Assembly (NCBI GenBank): GCA_051047955.1
Contig: JBPGPT010000014.1
Span: 1 to 64,000 of the forward strand
Direction: 5' to 3'
Origin: Cystobasidiomycetes sp. EMM_F5
Taxonomy: Eukaryota
Length of the DNA: 64,000 nucleotides
Part shown: positions 25,334 through 39,088 of the stretch, piece after piece
How the letters are laid out: each line of letters starts with the position of its first letter
How positions within the stretch are numbered: the first letter of the stretch is position 1
Translations under genes and position numbers: made by a program
Notes under the pieces: generated by a model
Database searches by the model: none
What the model saw: the letters and a program-made list of their open reading frames with translations, nothing else
What the model was told of the DNA's origin: nothing

Positions 25334-26764
25334 ATGAACGCCAACGCAGTGTCAAACTACGGTCCGAAAGACCATGCAACGCTACCAGAGATCGGAGCAG
25401 TCGGAACATCAAGCCCACATGACAGCTACGATGTGGAGGATGGCAAGACGAGTGATGACAAGCTGATTGCAGAGACCGGTCCAGGTAGTCCAAATGCTGC
25501 CGAGGATCGTGAGGACGTCAAAATCTACCAGAAGAAACTGCCAGCTCTGGACCTGCACAATGGAGTCGGATCTTTCTTCGGGAGCTTGGGTCACAGACTA
25601 CGAGCCATGCTCACTCCACGCTTGCTGCTGTGCTTGGTTGTGAGTGCCTTTCCTACCTCGTTCCATGTTGCGTGTGCCTGAATGTCGTTTTCCCACAGGC
25701 CGGACAGCTTTTGTCGCTCTGCATTACCTGCACATCCGTAGTTACAACCGAGCTCGGCATGAACAACTGGAGTCTTCCAGCTACTCAGACCTTCTTCGTC
25801 TACGTTGCCCTCTCGCTCATATACATTCCAATCACTCTGTACAAGTACGGCTTCTCCGCGTACGGTCAGATGCTTCGCCAGGACGGCTGGAAGTATTTCA
25901 TCCTTGGAACGGTAGACGTCTTTGGCAATTTCCTGACCGTCTTTGGCTTCCGTTACACCAATCTCCTGTCCTGCCTTCTGCTCGGAGCTTGGTCCACCCC
26001 AGTCTCGATGATTGTCACCTTCTTCTTGCTCAAGGCTCGCTACCATTGGACTCAGATTCTCGGTGTACTGATATGCATTGCCGGGCTCGGAATTCTGATC
26101 ACTTCGGACATTCGCACCGGTAAAGACTGGGGTGCTACAGAACAGTGGAAGGGTGATCTCTTCATGTGAGTTCATGACTTCGCTTCTGTACGCAAGGAAC
26201 AATCACCGATGGAAGCTTATCTTGCTTTGTTTCGTCAGTTTGGGAGGTGCCACGTTCTACGGCCTGAGCAACGGTTTCGAAGAGTACCTCGTCCGAGGCA
26301 GACCACACTACGAAGTTGTCGGCGCTCTCGGCTTAATGGGCTTTATCGTCAATGGCATTCTGACTGGAGCGTACGAGCATGCATCCCTCTACGACAACGA
26401 CTGGACGGCTGGCAACGTTGGGTTCCTGATGGCATACATCGGCGCAATGGTCATCCTCTACACGGTCGCACCACTTCTCTTCCGATTCGCATCCGCACCT
26501 TTCTATAATTTGTCACTCATGACTTCCGACTTCTTCTCTTTGTGTTTCGGACTCTTCTTGTTCCAATACAGTCCTTACTTCCTATACTTTATCGCATACC
26601 CTCTCGTAATTATCGGCCTTTTGGTCTTTTTCCTCTCAAAGCCCCCCGAAGGCCACGCGCCAATCAATGTACAGTCCCGCGGCAAGCAAGCTCAACGCGA
26701 AGCAGCATCAGGAAAGGTCAGAGTTATCGGAGATCCTAAGGGTGGGCTCGGTTCCATCCTATAG
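25334..26764 (+). CDS. SLC35F1/F2-like (DUF914) solute carrier
   Basis: GQLLSLCITCTS, PATQTFFVY, DVFGNFL...YTNLLS, GDLFM, YGLSNGFEE, FYNLSLMTSDF. Confidence 0.9.
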
Positions 26765-27002
26765 TCGCAGGCGATATAGGGCTATGCAATCACGCAGCAA
26801 TTAGCACTTTGCCCATATTGCCCAAATTGAGATAGATTTCTTACTGTTGAGTGTGACGAATAACGGAAACAGCATTGGGGATTGCAGTACATTTCTACGA
26901 CTGATGCTGATGTTTGCAGAAACAGTCGCAACGGGGGTAGATGCTGTTGGATGACATAAACCTGCTGTCTTGAATCTCATAAGGCGGGCTAGTAGGGTTT
27001 CG

Positions 27003-30000
27003 TTAATCTTGCTTCTCCTTGGCAGTGTCATTTTCGCTACGGTCCGGCACTGTCGAGCGCAGGTCATGGCCAATTAGTAAATAGTCTGGGGGCAGGGATT
27101 GTGACTTACTCTGAGCGACCCGTTCATCACTTGTTATCATTCATACGATGCATCAGCTTTGCCTGTGCGGGTATAGACATGACTTACATCTTCCTGAATT
27201 GCCACGGGAAACGGGATGGATACAAGAACGGACGTAGATCAAAGCCTTTGCACGGAAGTGTGTAAGCTGTACGTGTTTCGTTGTCGCTGGCCAAGCAAAC
27301 CTACGATTATCGTCCGGGCTGTATGCCTCCTGTAGGATTGCAGTTTCGTCATCAGCGCTGTTCAGACTGAGCAAGAGTCATATGCACCGCATGATACGAT
27401 GGCGTGAGCGTCGTCATTTTATGTCGATTTCGTGCATACTCGAAGAAGAACAGCTTGACCTTTTCGGCAATCTGTAGGCCGCCTGGTCAGCGAGATGCTC
27501 AAGTACTCGTACGTACCACAACTTACAGCAGTTGGACTGAGAGTGGTTCCCCATTCGGCAACGAGCTTCGTGAACATGCTATAAGGTCCACATTTGTCAT
27601 TCTTTCGCAGTCTTCCAAAGATGGATAGTTCCTCGTAGGTCATGCCCATGTCTGCTTCATCTGCCTGTACGTAAGTCTCTGTTATTGGCTCTAGTTCGGC
27701 GGTTGGAACTGCATTCAGGAAACTGCGGGGCAATACAAACCTAAGCCGTCATCGCCTCGTTGTGGCAATTCGACATACTCTTGGAGGATCGGTAAATCAA
27801 GAGCAGTCTCGGCATATGCTATAAAGCGCTTGAGGTCTGTCTTGCTGATGGATCCGATCGGGTTGATATCAGCACTCGAGCAATCGTACTTTGTCAGATA
27901 GCCTCGCAAGCTATGCAGAGGTCATGAGCGTTTCTGCAGGCACCTGAGGACACTGCATTTCCCACCTTTCGTCGACATTTGCGCTTCCGAGTACAAGCAG
28001 CGCGCCAACCTTACCTCTCACCCAAGGCAGTAACTGAGCGAAGAAGTAAGCTAATAGCATCCTCAGGCGGGCCTGGATGTTCTGCAAAGCCAGATTCTCT
28101 GCGCCTGTGCCACCGTGGACCTTGAATCTTGGTTTCTTATTCGTTACAAATGCAAAGAGATCGCGAATGGCGGTCACCACCGCATCCATGTTGAGACTTG
28201 TTGCAAGCGTCAGTATGAAAACCTGCTTGACCGTGTTTCACTTACTCGGTATGATAGCTGCCAAGGATGGGGACACAAGTCATCAGCGCAATCCATGTAA
28301 GTAGAGCACGCAAACTTACGCTCCGATAGCATTGGCCAGATCTTTGGCACGTTTTCTCGTTTCCGCTGACGAGTTCTCCGTACCCATGTAGCACGTATGG
28401 AATATCCGGCCACAGAATTCCCTTGCATCTGTTGGAAGGTAGTCGGACCCCTCTGGCTCGCCAGTCATTCTACGAGCGTCGGCAATGACCTGCTTGTCTG
28501 TGCGCAAAGTTGGATGAGCTTGTTCACTCCATCCGTTGTATACGCGTTCAAACTTACTGCCAGCTTCGCTCGCTTTCGCTACCTGCACGCACATCGAATA
28601 CGTGATGACAGCTGTAGCACAACTATCTATACCTCCGCTTAAGGGTACAAAGTATCCTTGTGCTCGACACCTGCGCAAGTAATCCCACATCCAGCAAGCT
28701 GGACCCAAGCTGTACAAAGACGTCCGTCAGTTCAGCCGAATGTCCCTGTTATATGCGATCGTACGCTATCTCTTCTTCAGCACTGTGGTAGAAAGCATCT
28801 CTCCGCTTTGTGACCTTCAGGTCGACCAGGTCGTCATTCTTTCCCGTGCTGAGTGCTGTCTCGACTTGTATCCGCGGATACGGCGAGCTTTGACTCGCTT
28901 GCATACTTCTAGAGCTTTTGGCGCGGTGCGCACGGACATCCTCAATGTCAATCGTAGCAGTAACGACCTCGACGTCTTGGAGGGAGAATTGGGAGCCTTG
29001 AGCGACTACGAAGCCGTTGACAAGGATCATGGAACATCCATCGTAATACAGGCGATCTCCATCGCATCCCTGCTGGTTCGCGTATAGATAAATGCCACCC
29101 GACTAGCGGTGTCACAGCGTAAGTCAGTTGGTGTAAATAGAACATGAATGCAGGCAGTCATACCTTTTGAGTAGCTTCTTTCATAAGTTCGATTCTCTGG
29201 TATAATTTTCGTAACTCGTGATGTGACCCGCTCGAATTGGTGAAGATCTCTACACCGTCAAGCCCCATCTGCAAGTGAGGACTATGGGTGTGGGTCAGTT
29301 GTATATCACTCACGCTATCTATGCTATAAATCCCTACCTGTTTGGCGTAAACAGCTCCTCGCACAGTTCAACCCCTATGCATGTGTCGAATGTGGATATG
29401 ACTGCATCACCGAAAGGAACGGTGCTCTACGGATCACCGAGTGAGTCGGAAGCAACGTCAATGTGCAGCTTTACACAGGCACTCACCTGTCCAGTAATCT
29501 CTTTGATCATTCGCGGCAAGTAATGGTCTTCCGTCTGTTTGTGCTTTGTCCACGGAGTAAAGTAGCGGAGTTCGCGATAGTTTCCATCATTCGCAAGCCA
29601 CATCTTTGGCCGGATGAGGAGAATTTTGCTGTTGTAAAAGATGATGCGGGCGTTGTATATGACGTTCTTGTGCACGACAGGCCTTGGAAAGCAAATGTAT
29701 TCCTTAGCGCAGAACAGCTTTGTAAAGAAAGAAGTGCGCACATTCCAACATCGCAGACGATCCCTTGTGCGACTTCTGATTGTAGGATCTTGGCCAGGAC
29801 TTCCCACGAGTGCAGCACCGTGTCGCCTGACAAATAAGGACTCTGTTAGGATCTTGCGAAGGATGTGTATTACGGCTTTACGACCCTCAAGGAAGTGATC
29901 AAAACACCCATAGCCGCTTCAAGGTGGCTTGTGTCAGTATTCAGACCATAAGTCGTTGTCCGGTTCACGCGCGACTCACGTTATTTCAAGCTCTGGGCCG

Positions 30001-30212
30001 ACTCGAAGCTTGCTCCCGCGTTCTTTAGCGATACGTATGCTCTCCAGGATCCGTTCGAGGTTGCCATCAAAGTCAAGTGCCCATTGATTCAAGCTAGACG
30101 TGATACAGAATATATGGCATCAGGTCGATAGACGTCCGAATATCCCTTTTAGAAGGCCGACGCGCCATGAGTGCCCGCACCTGCATGTTGAAACAGTAAT
30201 GAGGTGTCCCAT
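27003..30212 (-). CDS. QNS1: Glutamine-dependent NAD+ synthetase
   Basis: [102 protein letters not shown]. Confidence 0.97.
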
Positions 30213-30381
30213 TGCCAAGATTTGGTACTATTGGAGTGGTACAATGCTACCATAGAGGCACGGCGGCGTTGACTTGTCCTATTTAGTCGGAAACCGGCAA
30301 AGCTTGCTTTTCTTCCATCCGTACAAGTTGCTGACCTGATACACTGCTTCTGCTCGGTACTGCCTGGCGGGACATGCGCCA

Positions 30382-32023
30382 ATGAGCCTGGTCACGCTGC
30401 GGCTAGGCAACGCAATTCTGAGTTCCCAGTGTCGCGCTTCGACCCGAAGACTTACTGCAACAGCTCTCCATCCTGGCATTTTACAAGCATCGCATACATT
30501 GACTTCACTGCACGCGAGATTTGCAGCTAGCATGCCGTCAACTGCGTCTTCTTCCTCGGCCTCTTCTGCATTGTCGAGCGCGATTCAGGGCAGTCATGCG
30601 CTCAAACAACGGGCGAGTAAAGCGTCAACGCCAGTGACTACGACTCGGGAACACTCGACATCCGGTCACGACCACAAAGATCACCATGGTCATTCGCACG
30701 GCCTCCTCGGACATTCCCACAGTCACTCGCACGGTGCAGATGCAGAAGAAGTACAAGCTTTGGCTCAGGCTTTCAGCGGTTCCGGTGACAGAGGATCGCG
30801 CATTATCCTGCTGGGACTTGCTTCTAATGTCGCATTGACTATAGCCAAGGGCGTTGGTGGAGTCATGCTGCATTCCGCTTCGCTGCTAGCAGACGCAGGT
30901 CATAGCTTGTCCGACCTGCTGGGCGACATAGTAGTGCTCTTTTCATGGCGTTTATCGCGGCGGCCAGCAAGTAAAGCTTTTCAGTTTGGATATGGTATGT
31001 AAGAAGTCTAGACTACTTGAAAGCCCAACTGAAATTGTCCGTTGAAGGTAAATTTGAAGCTCTCGGGTCGCTACTTCTTGCGACTTTCCTGGTTGGAGGT
31101 GCCCTGGGCATAGGTAAGACTCATTTACGAGCCTGTAGAGATGCATGCTCACACATGCGTAGGTGTCCATTCATACTTTCTCTTCCTGCACGCACTATCG
31201 CATGCCGCAATGACGAGCGCCCCTGAGCTCGCGCACGCAGCCGAGACGATGCTGTCAAATTCCTCTGCTATGCTTGGAGGAAGTTCGACAGCTGGCGAGA
31301 CCGGAATCGCCGCATCGTTGGGACATGTGCACACTTTGGACCCGAATGCAGCCTGGGTTGCGCTTCTGAGCGTCGTGGTGAAAGAATGGATGTACCGCGC
31401 AACAATGAAGGTTGCAAAGGAGGAAGGATCAAACGTGCTCGAAGCAAATGCGTTACATCATCGCAGTGATGTCTTTTCGGGAATGTTGGCAATGGTCGCC
31501 ATCCTTGGCTCCGCATACGGCTTCCCTATGCTAGATCCCGTAGGAGGATTGCTAGTCGCAGGAATGATCATCAAGCAAGGCAGCGAGATTGGCTTGAATG
31601 CCGCAAAAGAGCTAGTCGATTATGTCATCGACCCGGAGCTGAACGAGAAAATCGAAAAATATGTACTCTCCTTGCGGAAAGATGACGCTTCAGAGCGTCA
31701 GGAAGGTGTACACGAGCCACACGCATCCTCGTCAGATACCACACAGGGTCACGATCACGTTGACATCAAATTACCCATACTTTCGGTTTCTTCTGTACGA
31801 ACATTCAAGAGCGGGACATTTACGTTAGTGGATCTAGCAATAGGCTTTCCTCCAGACTTGACAGGTTAGTCTCATGCTACAGTCTTCCTTTCTATAGTGA
31901 TTGTGCTGATTTGGAAATGCAGTCAAAGAGGCTTCAGAAGTAGCAGATAAGCTAGCAGATGCAGTCAAGGCTAAGTTCCCCATGGCTAAAGAAGTCATTG
32001 TACGGTTCTCAGATCTCATGTAA
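30382..32023 (+). CDS. Mitochondrial cation diffusion facilitator (Mmt1/Mmt2-like)
   Basis: Presequence-like N-terminus, His-rich HHGHSH tract, SASLLADAGHSLSDL, FGYG|KFE, ANALHHRSD, LDPVGG; 3' end approximate. Confidence 0.9.
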
Positions 32024-32103
32024 CAGTCTCTGTTGTAATCGTAATCCAAATTTCCCCGCAATTTGTTGTCGCACGAAAATTACTGTTGACCGACGCAAGT
32101 CCA

Positions 32104-32738
32104 TCAGAATCGGCGCATTCTTGCGGGCGATGCTTCGGAAGGCAGTTGTGCTCTAGCGCTGATAGTCTGCAGCCTCCCATCGTTCCTGCCCCAGCAGACC
32201 GCGGGCTGGACCGTCTCGCAGGCAAGGGCTTCCAGCGGCAAGTCTCCAGAGCAATGCCCTTCTGAAGTCCAGGCTGTTACACCATTCCCGGTAGAACACT
32301 CGACGGACTGATTCCGAATTCGCGTTGTTCAAGCCATTTGCATTGTTTGTACGGGTTAAAAAATGTTGTTGTCCACAAAATTAGGCAATACGGCCCAGGA
32401 GGATGTACACGGTGTGAGAAAGTGTCAGAATATCATGAATAGTACATATGAAGAACGTAGACTGACCTTGTAGCAAGCTCCTACTACGCTGAAGATTTCA
32501 AATGTGCACGGTTAGACTGTAACTATTCTGCTCGGGTTCCCAGCTCACTGCAGCTCACCAAGTCGCTTTATCACACGTCTCGCAGTCGTCTCCACTGATT
32601 GTTGTGCGGTATAGTAAAATGGCCCACCGTCAGCTGATATCGGTGTTTTTTCAAATGCCCCGCAACCTACCAGCAGGAGATTGTGGCAGAGACCATTCCG
32701 AATGCCGCAAAGAGGGAGATGAAGATGGTGAGCTTCAT
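32104..32738 (-). CDS. Small secreted cysteine-rich protein, copy 1 (109 aa, 10 Cys, 4 exons)
   Basis: Exons 32738-32671, 32594-32559, 32488-32467, 32307-32104 give MKLTIFISLFAAFGMVSATISCCGDDCETCDKATCVVGACYKSVECSTGNGVTAW...LACETVQPAVC...RMRRF*; colinear with copy 2. Confidence 0.85.
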
Positions 32739-33448
32739 GGTAAGAGGCTCAAGTATGTAGAAGCTGATTGAAGGGCGTGTTAAGTGTATTGCGATAGGGG
32801 AGCGATGTAATGCAAGAAGAGCAGCTCAGCTCACAACAACGCACAATTTCCACAAAAGCGGATGAAGGGGATCATCCACGTGACAGTCTTGAGGGACCCT
32901 TGCGACGCGGTGGGATACATCCGCGATGTTTAGGACCACTCGCCGAACTCCGTCGCCGAATTCCAATGCTTGACATGTAAATCGGGTTTCGAACTTTAGT
33001 GACATCGGGACCATGCCTGAACTGCTCCATCTGACCGGATCTCGCGCATTAGACTTGGTGGAGATGACCGGTCGTCCGCCGCTTAAATTAGGAGAGGAAG
33101 CGGGGAAGTCGGTCGAGACCCAGATGTGCGTATGAAGGGCATGGGCATGCTAGACCTAGCTTTCAAAGCCCAAGTTAAATACATACGCACCGGCATGGAG
33201 ACATATTCGCAAGGGCAATTTGTCATACTTGTCTCAAAAAACCGCCGATGGCCCAGATAGAAGGAAAGGAAAATTTAGACGTGGAGATTAGTAATATGTT
33301 AGTAGATGCGCTCGGGCAAAGTGCTGAAGCGTTTGGCTTAGTTGGCTGCTAAATACTGAAGATGCAGAAAGGCATGGTGTCTCTACAATACATTTTCGAT
33401 CGTATCGCTTCGACCACCAAGCAGAACCGCGGATACGGACTAACCACG

Positions 33449-33932
33449 TTAAAGTCGACGCATTGGCCTCACAGGTGTTTCGGACGGCATCTCACTCTTC
33501 GCGTTAAGAGTAATGATTCTGTACGACACTGGATCGCCATTGCCCCTGCATACTGCGGGCTGAATCGTTTCGCAAGTCAGAGCTTGAAATGGCTGCGCTC
33601 CTGTGCAGGCTGGGCCCTGTGTAGTCCAACTGGTGACACCATTGCCTGATGCGCAGGCGATAGAAGTGTAGCAAGCTCCAACCACGCTGTGCGCGAGCCC
33701 ATGCGGGTCAGCTGCAATCACCAAGCGTTTCTCTAACCATCAACGCAAGCCTACCAAGTGGCTTTGTCACATGTGGCGCAATTGTCACCACTGTATGGTC
33801 AAATGAGAGAAGAATGTCCGATGTCAGTTGCTTTTGGTACTTGTGATTTATGCTACAGACTTACCAGCACGAGATCGAAGCGGAAGCCATTCCAATGACG
33901 GCAAAAAATGATGCGAAGATGGTGAGCTTCAT
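33449..33932 (-). CDS. Small secreted cysteine-rich protein, copy 2 (113 aa, 10 Cys, 3 exons)
   Basis: Exons 33932-33865, 33790-33755, 33686-33449 give MKLTIFASFFAVIGMASASISCCGDNCATCDKATCVVGACYTSIACASGNGVTSW...LTCETIQPAVC...PMRRL*. Confidence 0.88.
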
Positions 33933-34417
33933 CGTTGAGCTGAAAGCTTTTGTTGGATGAACTGATTTTGTGTGTTCAGTCTGCTTTGGATGTAAAGCAA
34001 TGAAAATCAAACGAGCAGGCTGAAGCGGACACTGCTATTTGAATAAAAGCAGGAAGAAGGGAACCGTTTCTTTGCGCTCTGATTGCTGAACTCCAGGATC
34101 TTGCGCGGTTCTGAGAGCTCTTCCTTATGACTCGTCGTATGTTCTGCCCGAAAGCCAAGGCTTGCCATGTGCACACACGCGTGTGAGTCGGGGTTCGGCG
34201 ATTTGTGAGACGATGTCGCTGACCTTTGATGCTGTATGTGCACGGATATACGCCCTAGACACTGTATTCGGCGACCAGTCTGTACGGTGTTTGGGCGAAC
34301 CAAACTTGTACGGAGACTTCGGACAGCATCCGTTGAGACCGACATAAACAGCAGACAGTGTTGAGATTACAGAGTATTCATGCTCTTGAGGCATGACTCT
34401 ATATCGGGTACAGTACC

Positions 34418-36142
34418 TCAGGTTGACGTCGGCTGATACAATTTACGTAATGCTCTGCCAACTTCCCGTCGACGCATGCTTTCGAGCCAGTCTAGGCCGT
34501 CAGCGTAGTTCTCAGGTAGGACATAGCGATCAAGAGGCTGGGAGCTAGTGAAAGTGTAATGAAAGGTGTTTGTGACCTTCTTTTCGCCGGAATGAATATT
34601 GATTGTCGCAGCAACGACGCTGACCTGGAAAGAGCGGTGTGAAGCGTGATCCTGAATTGGCGAGAACGTCACGGCAGTGGTCAATTGCAGGAGAGACCCG
34701 ACAGTAACAGGTGCCTTGAAAGATAGTTCACTAAGTGGAAAATCAGCTGTGCCTACCAAAACCAGCAGAATGCTGCTCACTCTAGCGCCAGGAATGTGAT
34801 GGGAGCTCTGGCAAATTGGCAGCCCGTAGAGTACGCGGCCTCATATGCCCTGTCACAACTTTAGTTAAAAGGCTGCAAACACATTGCTGCTAACAGCACT
34901 TACAGGCGCATCAGGTATCCACCCTATGCACAAAGCCTTCTTCAGCAGACGTCAACCTGACGAAAAGTCAGCCAACTCACAAAGATATTGCCGTGCACAT
35001 TTCGCTCTTGGGGATGGCACATGAGCACAGAGCAAATCTCTGTACCCCGCCTCATCCATACCACTTCGTCTGGAACTTTAGCGTCCGTCTTGTACATATC
35101 TTGATACTTCGTAAACACAGAGTATAGCATGGCGCTCTCCGCTTCATTAGGCGGAGTAGTTGTCAAGGACCGATTCATAGTAGACTTCTTTTTCAGACGT
35201 TGTTCATCGCCCATGCGCTCAAGGCGCGCTTCATCCTCGTCTTTGGGCTCGAGCTGAGGCACGGCTTTGGCTTTGCCAGTAGCGCTATCTCGACATGCCA
35301 TAGTGAATCGACCCAACAGTATTGTTTCTGGACTATCTGCAAGACCGCGCGAGCGTGAAACAGATTGTAGACGTATTGCAATCTCCATTGTCGAATTGCC
35401 GGTGGAGTAGACGTGGCCCGAGAGACGCAAGTCCTCTGGCTCGGTTTGCGATAGCGGCCGCAGCATGTCCAAGCGGTCTACAGCAGCAGTCACCACGTAA
35501 ACTCCGCATCTCGCTGCGTCTTGTGATGTGGCTCCTTCGGGTAGGACATGCCTGTATGCGACAGTGCCAGCCAAAGTATCCAGGTCTGTAGACAAAGCCA
35601 GCGTTCTGAGCACAAATTTGACAGCTTGACACATCTCCGCTTACCTTCCATCAAGCGGCCGATCCGGACGGACGTGAAGGCTCCAATATACTTTTCCAGC
35701 AAGACCGGATCACTTTCGAACGGCAGGTCGGCCTGTACATACGAATCTTCAATCTGTTTCGTTTTGGGCAAGTGCACGGGCCCGCCGCCGCTCGTGGAGC
35801 TGGCAACATCTGCTTGAGCCTGCAGTCTATCGGCCCAGAAGCCCTGGTAGCAGAAACGATGTACTTGTCAGTAGCGAACAGACGAATACCATTTGACTTG
35901 ATTTGCCCCACCTTGCTTCTAAGCCTATCCAATTTATGAGCTTTTGGACTGGCCGCAGTCTTCCGCTGCAAAGCTGAGCTCAAGCGATCCAGCATACGCA
36001 CAGCATTTGTCTCCGTCTCCGGCATTGCCTCTGGAGATCTTGCTGCGAGCGTCGCGTGCAGCTGTCTTCTTTGGGTGCCAGATGGACGTCTCGATATGCA
36101 TCCTGAGTGTATCAGACGCAGACGCGACGGGAGAGGGGACAT
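34418..36142 (-). CDS. Mitochondrial double-hotdog acyl-CoA thioesterase (ACOT9-like)
   Basis: LLEKYI...VRIGRLME|DLDTLAG, VVTAAVDRLD, HPQERNVHGNIF|GGYLMR, FKAPVTVGSLL, TNTFHYTF. Confidence 0.9.
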
Positions 36143-36475
36143 TTTGCGGAAGCTGAAGTTCACAGCCCAGTAGGCAGCACAGTGGTCAGACTACGCTATC
36201 AGAGCAGTGTCAACGACTTCTGCATATGCGTGACAGTCTGAACATAGGGGCACCCGGTACCTGCCGAACGCTTCGAGCGTATGAAGCCATAAGCTTGCAC
36301 TGTGCTCGGCTAGAGTACAACAATCATTTCGTGTCGAGCAATTTGTGACAGCCTGGATTTCACCACTGTTGGGATGCAAGCTAAAGTAGACAGCTAAGAC
36401 TGGGAGCAAGGAAACTAAGAAGAAATTTGGCAGTATGTATGCTATGCATGATGAATGAGTACCAGGTAATTCAAA

Positions 36476-39088
36476 TCAATCAGACCATATGGATGGCTGA
36501 CTGGAGACGCTAGCGCTGGTGCTGCCACTGAAGGTCTTGCCAAACGTGAAGCCCGGCTCGACGTCTGCGTTAATCTGGAAGCCAGAATCTGATAAACATG
36601 GCGACACCTCGTCGAAGATCAGAGATGGGCGTCGCACATTCGACAGCTCGCCCGGTGCCATCTGCGTGGGTGTATTGTTGATAGAGTTGTTAAAAGGATG
36701 CGACCGAAGACTATTATGGTCATGTAAAGCTCGCTTAGGCAAAAGTCCAAGATGGGTACCGCGCCTAGCTGGTAATCGAGACGATAAGAGGTGATGCAAC
36801 GGGTTGAAATTGAACTCCCGATTTTGTATGTCTGCTTTTTCGTTGGCGAGTTCCTCGTCAAGCATGTCCAACGATCTACCTTGGAAAGCGGTTTCGACGA
36901 GCGAGAACGATCGGAGCGACCTGTCGTACGGGAGCACCAATTTTTCTTTGGCTGAATCTGACGACTGCTGCTGATCGCGATTGTCCAGTGATAGTTTGCC
37001 GATGGAATCCGGCAGGTCACGCTGCTCCCTATTCTTCTCACGCAGAGCTTCTTCCACTGCGCTGGATCGACGTGCAAGAGCAGATTGTGGAACAGGAAGG
37101 TCAATGTCCTTTCGTGCAGGATACGGTGCGGCCTTCTTGACAGGGGATGTGGATAACTGATTGAGAATGGAGATTTGACTTCCGCTGGCCGTCTTGTCAG
37201 GTGATGCAGAAGTCGCCGTACTTTGCTCATTTGGAGCCACTCGCGACTCCGGCGAAGCGGACCGTACGCCCTCCGAGAAATTAGGTGAGACGGGCGTTAA
37301 AGGCAGGATATTCTGCGTAAGCACCACAGCGTTGCTGGCTGCGGCTGGTAACAAGTGATTGTGTATAGCAGTCAATGACGTAATCGTGCTCCCATGTGTC
37401 GATAGGTATCGCTGAAGAACGGCGGCAGCTCGAGCTGCTTCCTCGGCGGTCGGAGGCTCCACGCTCAAAACATGGGAATCTTGCCGAACGGCTCGGGTAT
37501 CTGTGTGTGGGTAGTCCGTTGCAGTACGAGGACAGCCATCGGTGACTGCGTTGGCAGCATACTTCAGCGAAGGTAGCGCCAGAGACGTAGGTCTCGGCAG
37601 CGGTACTGCAGAAGCAGACTTTTGATGGACGTTGCGCAGAGCAAAAAGGGTGTTACGCATAGGCGGAATGCCACCAGTCTGTAATTGATCAGCCGAGACG
37701 GCCGCAGCTGTGACAGCTACACCTGCTGACTGTACCATACGCGACGCTGATGTCAGATGCGACGGCTCGGAGACAGTGTTCACTGCAAAAGGCGAGCGAT
37801 AGGTCTTTTGTGGTTTGCCCCAGCTTTGATCAGTAGCGACTGCTTTGTCGTACGCTTTGACCATTTTCTGCCGTTCGGAATCGGCAAAGCGTACTTGAAG
37901 TGTTTCGGTGACTGACTGTCCACCGTATCCTGATGAATCAGGATGTAGTGTGGAGAGTCTGATGCCATCTAGTTCAGCTAGTGCTTGGACTGCCATTTCT
38001 CGGGTGGCAAGGCGACAGAATGCGGCGCCTTTGAATTTCGTAGAGTGTGCGCCACGTCGACCTGGTCTGTCGCCTTCACGTAAGAAACGGAGTGATTTAA
38101 CGACGTAGCGGTCGCTTGGGAACAGAGCCAATATGTCTGGTTCGGTATAGTCCAGTGGGATCTGTACATTAACGGCCGCAATGCATTAGCTTTTGCATAG
38201 ATGGTCACCATGAGTCCTTACGTGAGCCAAGTACAAGTTTGCAGACGTTGTATCTGCTGCCCGCTCTATTTTGCCAGCATAAGTCTCCTGTAGCAACGTC
38301 AGCTTCGTTGGAGGTAACGCGGTATTATGGATCATGCACACCTTGGCGAAACATGCATGACAACCTGAGTCGCTGTTGTTGACAAGTGCTAGAAAGGCTG
38401 CCGCACTGAAGGGGTGCTGAAACTTGACGAAACCTGCGCGGATCTCAAGTCGTTGGTTTGATGTTTTGTGTGAGCTGACGTGAAAACAGCACCCACCTAT
38501 GCCAGTACACAGACTGTTTTGCGAAGCAAGTTCTGTATCGTATTTCGAGGTGTGATGGACGTATCTACTTCGAGCAGACGGGATTGGCGGATGTTCCCTC
38601 ACTACCTTTACGCTGATGGGTTCGCAGCCGATTTGCCGAGCCCAATCTATCAGCATAGCCTCGGACGTAAAGGCGGGCAAGCCTTTTATATAGACGTTTG
38701 TAGTCGATCGGTCTCCGATGGCATCACCCGAACTATCGTACTCTGTGGACGAGTAGGAGTCACTGACGGTTTGTGGAAGCGAGGGGGAGAAAGCCAATGT
38801 TGGCGAGGTGTTGCCGGACGATAGGGTGGTGTATGAGCTAGCAGAATCGCTCGATTGCGCAGTGAAGGAAGAAGCGGAGGGGTGGGAAGGAGGAAATTGG
38901 CGGCTTGAGAGACCGGCTACAGGCAGCCCTTGAGCACTAACCGCGTCAGGATGCAATTCGATGATGTGGACTTCGCACTGACGCTCACCGGCACCTGACC
39001 AGCTCATGTTTTTAAAGCCTTGCGAGTGAACCATCTGGTGAGACAAACCGTTTGCAGGGATAGGACTGAGACCGATGCCACCTGGCAT
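36476..39088 (-). CDS. Two-RRM RNA-binding protein, Spo5/RBMS-like, with long low-complexity tail
   Basis: TNVYIKGLP, CTGI|GFVKF, ADTTSANLYLAH, KGAAFCRL, LQVRFADSERQK; start codon uncertain. Confidence 0.8.

Noticed and set aside
25591..26202. 203-aa minus-strand ORF
   Set aside because: Antisense shadow of the SLC35F CDS
30660..30735. His-rich tract in the CDF transporter
   Set aside because: Normal feature of Mmt1/2-type proteins
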